Assembly: GCA_905178155.1 (NCBI GenBank)
Contig: CAJINV010000005.1
Location: 7,184,989-7,248,988, forward strand
From: Amoebophrya sp. A120
Taxonomy: Eukaryota > Protista > Dinoflagellata
Direction: 5' to 3'
DNA length: 64,000 nt
Numbering within the stretch: the stretch's first letter is position 1; every line of letters starts with the position of its first letter. The notes under the pieces are model-generated. The model was not told the origin of the DNA. It saw nothing but the letters and a program-made list of their open reading frames with translations, and did not search any database. Position numbers and translations under genes: made by a program. Positions 38,056-49,900 of the stretch are shown here, piece after piece.

Positions 38056-38319
38056 TATCAAATGCAAAAATGTCTGGGCCTGGAAGGATGCAAGGTCTGT
38101 CATGCACATTTTGCAATGAGTCCTGATGTCTGTGATGCATGCCCTAGCATCACAGATTTCAAAAGGGCTTTCTGATGCCTATACCGCATGAGAAATGCCC
38201 TCTCGTAATGGAAAAAACTGGACTTCTTCTGCTGTTAATGCAATACATATTTTTGTAGAATGCAGCTGCAGCATCACAAGTTCGCATCCTTCCAGACCCA
38301 GACATATTTGCATTTGATA
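38056..38319. mobile_element. Family A element
   Basis: TIR; DR ggcga/ggtga. Confidence 0.9.
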
Positions 38320-39340
38320 GGTGACGTGCTCGGGAAAGACCTCCAAGTACCAGAGAAGTAGTATGGGACAGAAATTAATATAGAGTGCGTGGTTCGTCGT
38401 GTAGCATTGCAGATGCAAAGTAGAAGACTGGTGTTTGTGTACTTTGTCATGCCCGCCGAAAGAGACAACAACCATAATCATATGAATGGGTAAGAAATAG
38501 AGAAATGACAAAATGGACTTTCTGTGTTGTTTGTCATTCCAGTTTTTGTAGTTCGGCACGGCTAAGTGGAGGAGTACAAATGCTTATATTCTTATATTCA
38601 TGTGTAACCAAAATCGGTGCTGCACCCCCGCATGACAAAATCAAACACAACTACATGTTGGAACATGCTGCTAGTATGCTACAAAATACGTTTCCCTCCC
38701 ATACCCTTCTTTCTCTCCTTCTCGGTCCGGAAGAGCAGACCCTGACGAAAATAAAAAAACACACCAGCACCGAGGTACAGGATTTTTTTTTTTGCGTGTT
38801 AGTCTCAATATGTTGCGGGAAGATGCAGTATTAGACACTGACTTTGTATTCCATGATCCTTTGGTGATGTTGTCAATTTATTAAGCTGATGATGGCGATT
38901 GTTTGTGCAAAAAAAAAAGGACATCGACTCTCTCACAGATCCACATCAGCAATTGTGAAAACGGGTACGCCACTGCGCACATTTTTATGCCGGGAAAAGA
39001 GCTGCTGATTTCGAATCAAGGAAGAGCCCAAATTTAGCAAAATCAGCTGCAGAAGATTTCAAAGCCCGGGATACATAGCCGGGTTCTGCCTTGTTAGAAA
39101 TAGGTAGGTACTTGCTTCTCTTGTGGGTACTGTGTTTCGCACTCCATCAACGAGATGAAAAAGTATTGGAAAAGTTCGTTGAAGAAGAAAAATCGTGCAG
39201 CTGTTTTGTCATGGAAAAGCTACCTACATTGTGTCATGTAGAGCCCCTTATGGTGAAGTAGCTCTAACTTCTGTGAAGATTCGCAATCTGCATCTCTTTT
39301 GCGGCGCCATACTCCCCGGCAATTGTGAGGGTGTTGACCA

Positions 39341-40256
39341 TACGAATTGGAAATATGTCTGGATCTGGAAATAACCCGTCGTGCTATCTTCATGCGGACG
39401 ATGGCAAGCACATGTCAAAGTCAATATAATTACGGAGAGCTTCTACTAATGTGCATGACACCACGTTTTCTGAAGTCCACTCGGTTGCTGCAGACCTCAT
39501 TCATGGTTGCTGCAAATTCCAAGCAAATTCCTAAGGGGTGGCACTTGAAAGGCAGGATGGCCAATAAACGTAGCCAGGGGCCTCGCCACGAAAGGAATCC
39601 GAAAGGGCAAAAAGAGAGCTTCTGTCTGTTCCGTCTGGCGTATTTGCAGGCCACTGGCGCAGAATTTGTGGCCCTTGTCGGGCCCCACGCGCATGGTAAT
39701 ATTGAAGGAGAGGCCTGCAGGGCTTCCGATTGTTATTGCCCTGAGAGCCCACGAAGTGTTATCTTGTTGCGTGTTGGCGCTTAGGCGCCCACTCCGGGTA
39801 TCGTTTCTGCCCCACGACACAATATCGGCCCACCTGGAAAAGAAGACACAGCGATACATAAAAGATACACAAAGAACAGCCGGGAGCCAGGGCTACAAAA
39901 CATCGCGCAGGTCTACTCAATGGGGCAATATTGCCTGGGCGGGGTACGCAGTGCCCTGCTGGCAATTTTCGAGACGCAAAATTCCACGAAATTCCGCTTT
40001 TACTTATCTCATCGGAACGCGTCGCAGTGAACTAATGTGCATGACGCCACGTTTTCTGAAGTCCACTCGGTTGCTGCAGCCCTCATCTGCGCATACAAAA
40101 ATCGCGTTTTTGCCTCAAAAAGGAGCACTACCGTTTTTGCGAAACATGCATCACACGTCCCAGCAGTTTTTTATTTCTGCTACTTAGTCCAGCGAGCATT
40201 AAAACGAAAAGTCTGGCATTCTGTCAGTCGACCCAGACACATATTTGCGATGCATA
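39341..40256. mobile_element. Expanded family A element carrying an insert
   Basis: DR gacca; internal 56-bp direct repeat 39445-39500/40031-40086. Confidence 0.8.
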
Positions 40257-40951
40257 GACCACGCCGTTGCGGTTATCCACAAGATGGTCACCAGCTGTAT
40301 GGAAAGTGAGGAGTTAGAAACGCAAGCAGGATGCTTAGCAAAGTTGTAGATCATGTGGAGCAAGATTTCTCTTTCTGTTTCTCCTGTACTACTTAAAACA
40401 ATTTTACAGAAGTTACTACAGTAGTGCCACGTGTAGTACTGCATCTGCAGCATGGTGCGGCCGCAGTAATATCTTCTCATGCGCAGCATTATTTAGGTCG
40501 TGGAGCCTTACCTGACTCATACTCACTTTAGCAGCATAGGAAGATGTAGTTGTAGTGAATGACTGGATTTCTCATGTGCATGCATGGCCGTTACAGCATG
40601 GAAAAAAGACGAATCAATATTTCGTAAAAGTAGACCACGACGATCGTTATGTAGAAGAAGGAGTTCTAGAATCACATTTGTTTTCTCCTCCTCCATTTTC
40701 CTCACCATATCTTGTGCCCAAGAGACCCGGGCGCCCTCGCAGAGAACAGGTATAGTTAGCACTTTTTTGGTACATCGAAAAACTGTAATATCTCGTTTGT
40801 CGTGCATGAAAAACTAATTTCTCGCTCCTGTTCCTCGTCCAACATGAAAAACTGAAATAGACTATTCTTCCCATTATGCATCGTATTCTTGCGATAATTT
40901 CCGTCCTCAGAACCGCGGCTGGTCCACGAAGTGAGTCCGCAATTCGAACGG

Positions 40952-43900
40952 ATGCCGGGCCTCGAGTTTCTAGCAGAGGACAAAAATGATCACGATATCA
41001 AATGCAAAAATGTCTGGGTCTGGAAGAATGCATGTTTGTCATGCTTGTCTGGCATGACTCTTAAATCTGTGATGCACGTTGCCCAAGAGCCGCACTTTTC
41101 TGCCATGCGGAGACGCAGTTTGTCATGCAGAATAGGCAACACCTACAAGCTTAGAAATTTGTCATGCTGAGCCAGCACTTGTGGCCTCCTCATGCTACGC
41201 CACTCAGCATCACACGTTTCCAGACTCAGACACTTTTGCACTTGATACACGATGCTGGTGATCAACATCTGCAAGAGGACGAGGACATTGCGCAGCAGGA
41301 TTTAGTTGAGAGGCACCAACTAGAAGAGGTGGACGAGGATCCAGTAGACCAGATCGGTAGTATGAACTGCAAAACTATCGTACTCGTATAAATGCATGAC
41401 AAATTCCCTCAGCATGAGAGATAAGATTTGTAATGCGGATGTACCTTGAGAAAAAAATTTGTAATGCATGATTGCAATACGAGTGCGATACTTTTGACAT
41501 GCATAGGTAGACAGCACGAGCAACTCCTCGGCTCGGCACAGCTATCGAATGCAAATATGTCTTGGTCCTCTGGAAACTTGTGATGTTGAGTGGCGAATCA
41601 TGAGGATGCCAAAACTGCAGGCTGAGCATGACAAGTCTCTGCGTCTCTAGGTGTTCGCGTTGTCTAATCAGCATGACAAACTACGTTTCTGCCTGACAGA
41701 GAGGTGAGCTAGGCTTTGGGCAACGTGCATGACAGACTTAAGAGTCATGCTAGTCGAGCATGATAGACTTTTTACATTCTTCCAGACCCAGACGCATTTG
41801 CGGTTGATAACAGCTGTTGCAAGACGACGCCCGGAGCACCGCGGACGAGTGCGACACCTCGAATGATCCGCACATCATGTATCGTGAGAAGAAAGTGTTA
41901 ACAGTGACACACGACTCTGATGCAAGACCAGCAAGACAGACAACCTCTGTCATGCAGGAAATGCTTTCCAGCCCCATTTCATGCGCGTTTTCCCTATACA
42001 GTCTGTGGCTGTGCATCACAAGGTTTCTTTGCCAGGAATAAGGCAACTTTGTGATGCTGAAACTGCAACGAATGTGTAACTGTAACACTTTTTTCCTGTG
42101 ATATCATGTTCAACAACCACAGTAACAACAGCATGTATCCCACGAAAAAACTCTTTCGCTGTGAACTTGTGATGCAGAAAATGGAATACAGAACTATTTG
42201 TCTTGCTACACCTGCATAGAGCATTGGAGGTTCAAGTGTGTTCCCCCTTGGAAAGCGCGCATGACAAATTTTCACCAGTGTTATGTGTAACAAACTTGTG
42301 ATGCAGATCTTGCAAAATCATCACAGTGAAACAGTTTTTTCGTGCGATAGCATGTCCACCGAAAATATGAACTCCACCAGTTCTGGTCAAAACTCGTCGG
42401 GTATTCTGAGGAAAAATCCCCCCTCCCCATATCAAAATGGAAATTTGTGTTGCTGCTTTGTGGTCACAAATCAGATTTGTCTTGCTGGAAGTGCTTGGCG
42501 GTATTTTCCAAGCCTGTTCGGGTATGCAGAAGGCTAGCAATCAGGCATGGAAAACAGGTTTACAGTAGTCGAAAGCGCATCACAGACTGGCTGTAGAATG
42601 CGCCACCGGGCTCCTATGACCCTATAGGCAAGACAAAGGCGATTTGTGGCCACAAATCAGCATCAGAAATTTCCATTTTAATATGGGGAGGGGAGATTTT
42701 TCACTTTGATATCGGGCACACCAACGTCTCACCTCGTCCACACCACTGGCGGTCCACTATCCTGTGCAAAAGTATCGCACTCGTAGTAATTGCAGTCATG
42801 CATTACAATTTTTTTGCTAAAGGTAAATCCGCATTACAGATTTTATTTCTCATGCTGAGGAAATTTGTAATGCATTTTCATTTATTATACGAGTGCGATA
42901 CTTTTGCATTGCATATCCACCTCCTTCTACCAACGGACCGGTGAGTGGCGGTGGTGGACAAGAGCTAGGCGCACCTCCACTGGCTCCGGGTGCCCCTGGT
43001 TTGGTTCCCGGAGCTCCCGCTCCTGGCACTACGACTACGACGTCCACGGGTGGTTTTTGGAGCGCGACTTTAACTTATCGTGTGCAAAAGCATCGTACTC
43101 GTACTAATCGCAGTCATGCAAGACAAATCTCATTTTCAAGCTAAATCAGCATGACAAATTCCGTTGGTCATGCTGAGCTAATTTGTGTTGCAATACTACG
43201 AGTACGATTCTTTTGCAATGCATATAGCTACTGCGGGCACAACTGTTGGTAACTCTAGCAGTAGTTGTTCTCCAAGCCTGCCCCCAGCGTCCAACTCGAG
43301 CAGTTCGCCAAGCCTACAACAACCAGGATTATACCACCAGCAGTTAGGTCCTGCTGGAGGTGCAGCGCAGGCGCACCACATGAGAGGCGGCGGCGGAGGT
43401 CCTCCGCCACTGCCGGGCGCGGGCGCGGCGCCGGGTGGTGCTCAACATCTTCATGCCCAACAACACCAACACGCTGGCGCAGCAGGAGGAGGAACTACTG
43501 CTGGAATCCCGCATCAGCAACACCAGCTACAACAGCATCATCACCAACAGCAGTTTAACACCACCCCCGGAGCAGGTGGGCCGGGCCCAGGCACAGGAGC
43601 TCCCGGGGGCGCTCCACCACCACATCTTCATGTTGCGCAGCATCAAGGAGGACAGCCGCAGCACCCGCCACCTCCAACGACGCATCATCATCAGCATCAA
43701 CAGCAGCCCTTTATCAAATGTAACAATGTCTGGGTCTGGAAGATTGCCAGGTTTGTCATGCACATTTTGCATGACTCCTGAAAGCAACTACATTACATCT
43801 TGCCTCACTTTTTTAAGATGGGTTTTTTCGTACTTCGGACTGTGCCATAGTAGATGACTTTACCGCTTTTTTACTGTTCTTTTATCCCTCAGCGCTGGTG

Positions 43901-46900
43901 GGTCTGCCGACAAAGTTATCCCTAGTACTCAGATGGCTACAAAGCTCATCCCGCAGCCGTCCCAGGAGCTCTTGTGACTGTCTCTTGGTAGTGATCGCTT
44001 TGCCCGTGCTTATTCCACTCAGAGTTTGCTGGGTAGGTGGCTACCGTTTTAAGTTTATAAACGAATGGGACGCCCTGCCCTTAGCCTTCCAACATGACTC
44101 CTGATGTCTGTGATGCATGCCCTAGCATCACAGATTTTGTGAGGGCTTCCTGATGCCTATACCGCATGGCAAATGCTCTTTCCGTGTAGCAAGACTTGGA
44201 CTCTATTTGCTGCGCATGCAATACAGATTTTCTTAGAATCCAAAATCAGCATGACAAGTTGGATTCTTCCAGACCAGACATTTTTACAGTTGATACCCTT
44301 GCTGCAGCCGCATCATTGTGCAACGCCGGGCAACGGACCCGCCTCGTCATCCTCGGGACCAAGGAACAGCGGTGCTGGAGGTAAGTACTTTTGATGTAGG
44401 ATCTTTGTTCATGTTCTTGTTCTTGCGTGCGACTGTGGCAAAAATTATCGTCTAGCACAAACACCATGATGATTCATTGTAGTTGGCGGCAACAATTTAT
44501 AAGCACGTCGACAAAGTAAGTAGGACGTCGACGACGATACGTATGATGAAAACAACAAAATTTCTACTTCAGTGTCTTTCCCACCACCCCCACTGGGATC
44601 TTGTTCCGCGGCAACATCCGGTGCACCAGCAACGACTACAACTCCGACGGTAATGCAGCAGCCGGGAAGCGGCGGCGGCGGGGCGGGGGGTGCACAGCAC
44701 CCGCAAGGAGGACCTCTATCCACAGTAAATTTATTCTCGTACTGCAAGTACAAAACGGAAATGCAGCACATCAAACTTCGTGGCCCACCTACAGCATGCC
44801 ACGACTTGATGTCTTATGCTAAGTAGCGAACAATCGAAGGCATGTTTTGTCAACATACAGAAAGAACCGCATTTTTTGTAAGTCTGCGGGAAGATTTCGA
44901 AAATAATTACTGTGGATAAAAACCTCACCAGCACCAGCATCACGTGACCAACATGCCGCCGCGTGGGCAGCCGCTCTCGTTCCGTGACCGAGACAACGCG
45001 GCCGCGGCCACGGCCGGCGGTATTTCCCTCCGCGAGCTGCGCGACAGGGAGATGCGCGATATCAACCGCAAATATCTCTGGGTCTGGGAGATGATTGTGA
45101 CACTTGTCATGCTAGTCTGGCATGACTCTGAACTCTGTTTTGCGTGGCCGCGAAGAGCTTCTCTTGCCTGTCATGCAAAATGGAGCTTCTCATGCGGAAT
45201 ATGCAACCCAGAACAACGGAAAAACTTGTCATGCTTGGCAGCGCATTGCAGTGTGCTAAGTATTGCCTTCCTTGCATCACAAGTTTCCAGACCTAGACCT
45301 ATTTGCAATCCATACGCGACCGGGAGCTGCAAATGCGGGACCGCGAACTGCTCAGCTTTCGCGACCGGGCGGAGCTGATGCGAGACCGCGAAATGGAACT
45401 GCGGGACCGAGAACTGCGAGAACTAGAGCAGCTGCACCTGCAACGCGAACGCGACCGGGAACTGATGGCCGGCGCGACAGCCGGTGGTCAACATCACCAA
45501 CAGCATCTACCGCCCTTGCACCAACGCGGCGGGCCTGCGGATCACCAGTTTTTTCCCCGGGACAGCCGGGACCTATGCACCGCAAAAGTATCGTCCTAGT
45601 ATAAATCGCATGACAAATAAAAATAATTTCCTCAGCATGATGAGAAATGAAATTTGTAATGCGGATTCAACTTAACAACGAAATTCAAATTTGTAATGCA
45701 CGAATACGATTAGTACGACTTTTGCAATGCATAGGACCAACAGCACAGCGACTTTCTGATGCACCGGGACCAACGAGAACACCACCAGTTACCGCCCTTC
45801 AGCTATCGAAAGGAAAAATCCCCCTCCCCATATCGAAAACGAAATTTGTGATGCTGTATTTGAGGTCACAAATCGACTTGTCATGCTAGAAGGCCAAGAG
45901 GCGCAGTCGTGGCCTCGTTTACAGGCAATTTGTCATGCTGTTTCCCACTCTCAGATGCCTCCTATCATGCTGAAGATGGAAGGCTTCCCCACGCCACCCA
46001 GCACTACAGTCCGCATCTTTTCCCGTGTAGCATGACAAAGCTGATTTGTGACAACAAATCTGCATCACAGATTTCCGTTTTGATATGGGGAGGGGGGATT
46101 TTTCCTTTTGATATCAGCAGCAAGTACGAGCACTCGCACCCGTACAGTCGCGCCGGGGCACCCGGGGGCCCGCCCCTCGTGCATCCGGGGAGCAGCAGTT
46201 GCGCGGGAGGCGCCGGTGGTGGCCAGCACCCCCCGGGAGGAGGAGGACCACCACAACATGCACCCCCCCCTTCGCATCATCATCCCTACCAGTCGGGCGG
46301 TCGAGGTATCAAATGCGAAAATGTCTGGGTCTGGAAGATTCTGAGACTTGTCATGCACGTTTTGCATGAGCCGTGATGTCTGTGATGCATGCCCTAGCAT
46401 CACAGTTTTTTTGCCGGCTTCTTGATGCCTATTCCGCATGACAAATGCCCTCTCCGCGTAGCAAAAAACGCGCTCCCTTTGCTGCTCATGCAATACAGAT
46501 TTTTTTGGAATCCAAATGCAGCATAACAAGTTCTATTCTTCCAGACCCAGACACTTTTGCATTTGATACGAGGCCCTCCCGGCGAGAAACCGTATAACCT
46601 GCTCAGGTGTTACAATCTCAAACGTTGCAATAAAATGTGGAAATCTGTGATGCAAGAAGTGCATGACCTCACCTACTCCCACAGAGTTGCGCATGACAAC
46701 AAGTTTCGGAGCTCTACACCGCACTAGATGAATCTGGCGAAATTTGTATTGCAGAAAGTGGATGAATTATGCTGTCCGGGTCTGTCATGCTCGTCATGCT
46801 ACACAAAATTTGCAACGCTTGAGATTGTAACGCTTGAGCAAGTCATAAACCGCTTCCGTCGTTTCTGGAGCAGGCACGGAAGCACCACAACTGCCACGAC

Positions 46901-49900
46901 TGGTTCGAAGTGCCGCAGAAATACTTGGGCCTGCTATGAAATGCAAAAATGTCTGGGTCTGGAAGAATGGAAGGCTTGTCATGCTTGTCTGGCATGACCC
47001 ATGATGCTTGTAATCCATGACCCAGCATCACAGATTTTTGGAAAGCTTCCTGATGCCATTTCCGCATGACAAATGCCCTCCTCGCGTAGCACAAATGTGG
47101 CTCCTCTTGCTGGTCATGCAATACAGATTTTTTTAGAGTCCAGAGTTAGCATCACAAGTTGCAACTTTATTCCAGACCCAGACATTTTTACAATCCATAC
47201 CTGCTGATCGGCCGCAACGGGGACGCGATTCGGCGGTACCGCCAGTTTGCCACGGAGCGCGGCATGAACATCATCGTCGACCAACCACAGAAAATTATCA
47301 AATGCAAAAATGTCTGGGTCTGGAAGACAGTAACCTGTGATGCTAAATCTGAATCATGCTAAAATCTGTGTTGCATGAGTGCCAAAAGCTGTCCACTTTC
47401 GACCAAGTTGGGAGGGGATTTCTCATGCACGATAGGCATGACAGAGACCTGGCAGAGTTTGTCATGCTAGGTCCCGCATTCCAGACCTCATGGGTCATGG
47501 AAAATCTGCATGACAAGTTGCATCCTTCCAGACCCAGACATTTTTGCATTTGATAAAAATGGCCCTGTCCCGGTCTGCCATGCAAGTGAACGGGGGACAC
47601 CTCATACGAATTGCAAAACTATCGTACTAGTAGAAGTCGCATTACAAATTTCCTCAGCATGAGAAAAAGAATCTGTGATGCGGATGTACCCTAAGAAAAA
47701 GATCTGTCGTGCATAACTGCAATTAGTAGTACAGTAGTACGAGTACGATACTTTTGCACAGGACACCTCACGCAGGCGGACTTGGAAAGGATGGGGCCCG
47801 GAACCGTCCACATCACGGGTAACGACTATCCTGAGTAAAAACGTCCCCACACCAGAGTTGTAATGCAAATCTGCATGCTGAAAATGTTTCTCATGCGGAG
47901 ACCCATGAGAAGCAGTCTCTCGTCGTGTTGTGGGATTTGTGATGCTAGAATCAGCATGATATGCTAGATCTGTGATGCTGCAGAACAAGCTAAACAGGAT
48001 TTCACTGCGAGGCCAAACTTGTCATGCGCAGCAGCAAAAGCTGACAGATTTGTCTAGCAGATTTCCCAGCTTGACTCTGGTGTGGGGACGTAGTTTTTAC
48101 TCAGGATAACGACCTGGCCAACATCATTTCCCTCAAGGCCGACATGCAACAGAATCTGTTCAAAGCCATTTCCACCCTGGACACGCAGAAGGGAGGCGGC
48201 GGGTCTGGCGGCGGGTTTTCCTCCTTCGGCTCGTCGTTCGGCTCCAGTGGAGGACCGGGAGGCGGTGGCGGATTCCACAACGCTATGCATTGCAAATATG
48301 TCTGGGTCTGGAAGGATGCAATTGCAAACTTGTGATGCGCATTTTACAACACGTAAAAATCTCTCATGCATAGGCAGCAAAGGTTGCCCACTTTCTGTCA
48401 CAAAAATGGGGCATTCGCATTTGTCATGCAGATTCGGCATTGCAGAAGCTTCTCGAAACCTGTTATGCTAGGGCTTCCATGCTAGACCTTCTGTGTCATG
48501 CAAAAGCAGCATAACTCTTCCAGACCCACACATATTTGCACTGGATAAACGCCTCGACCACCAACCCGCTGCATTCCGGGGGTTTTGCGATCGGATCCGG
48601 TCCCAGTTTCCTGAATATTGAGAGGAAAAATCCCCCCTCCCCATATTGAAAACGCATTCGTCTGAAAATTTGTGATGCAGATTTGAGGTCACAAATCCTG
48701 TCTCTCCTGCGGGAAGGCAAAGCCAGAGAGCCCGCCGCATTATGCCGGCGGTTTGTGATGCTGTTGGGCTTACAGCGCCGACATCTGTCATGCTAGTCCC
48801 CTACGTCAAAACCTCTCGGCCCAGGCTTGGCATCTGCCTGCAGTTTTCTCCAGCAAGACAGACCCGATTTGTGTACGCAAATCCAGCGCCAGAAACTTAG
48901 TTTCGATATGGGGAGGGGGGATTTTTCCCTTTGATATTGAACGGGCCATCGTTTCGAGGCCCCCGCGGGGGAGGACGCGATCCGCACTTGCGAGACCTAT
49001 CGAACGCAAATATCGATCTGGGTCTGGAAACTTGTGATGCTGAATGGCGAAGCATGAGGGTGCCACAAGTGACGGCTCAGCATGACAAGTTTCTGAGAGG
49101 CAAGGCATTGCCTACTCAGCATGACGAGCTGCGTTTTTGCATGACAGAAAGCTGGGGCTTATTTTATTGGGTAACTTGCATTACAGACTTGAGAGTCATG
49201 CTAGCGGAGCATGAAAAACTTGCATTCTGCTTCCAGACCACCCAGACAGATTTGCAGTTGATAAGACCAGCACCGCGACCACTTTCCGTTTGGTCCGTCT
49301 AGTGGCAGTATGCACTGCAAAAGTATCGTACTCGTATAAATGCATTACAAATTTCCTCAGCGTGAGAAATAAGATTTGTAATGCGGATTTACCTCAAGAA
49401 AAAAATTTGTAAATGCATAACTGCAATACAACGAGTACGATACTTTTGCACAGGATAGGCAGCTCCTTCGGCGGTGGGCCCGATTTTGGCGACCCGAGAG
49501 CTGGGCCTCCGATTGGCTTGGTATCCACAGAAAAAATAACCCCATCCCCATCCATTTTTTGCATGACAAACACAGAACTTGATACGTGTTCTGCATTACA
49601 ATTTGGATGTGGGTGGGTGTTTTTTCCACGAGGATACTTGGACCCGAGAAACTACGCCGTTGCCCAGTCCCAGCTCTTCAGTAAAAAACGCAGTTGCATT
49701 TATTTTGAATTTTATCCAACCTATTTTTTTCGATGGAATACAACAACCGTAGTTGTGCACCATATGGTGGCAAGCTGACCCAGTCGTGCATCATGTTTTG
49801 CGGTGCTTGTAGCTGAGAACGTAAAGTATAATGCGGATTAACAGACGATCATGCATCTTATAATTTCCACCACGACCACCACGCTCTACAACTGCATAAT

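Larger units (their letters stand above)
36377..38362 (+). pseudogene. Possible degenerate gene interrupted by introners
   Basis: Exon-like segments between elements (e.g. VDTEPDVDPELAALE, NSNGDVLGKDLQVPEK*), but no single frame can be threaded past 36600. Confidence 0.25.

Noticed and set aside
39347-40187. Candidate transposase in the expanded family A element
   Set aside because: Cargo is only about 530 bp and its ORFs show no DDE or tyrosine-recombinase motif; no autonomous element was seen in the window.
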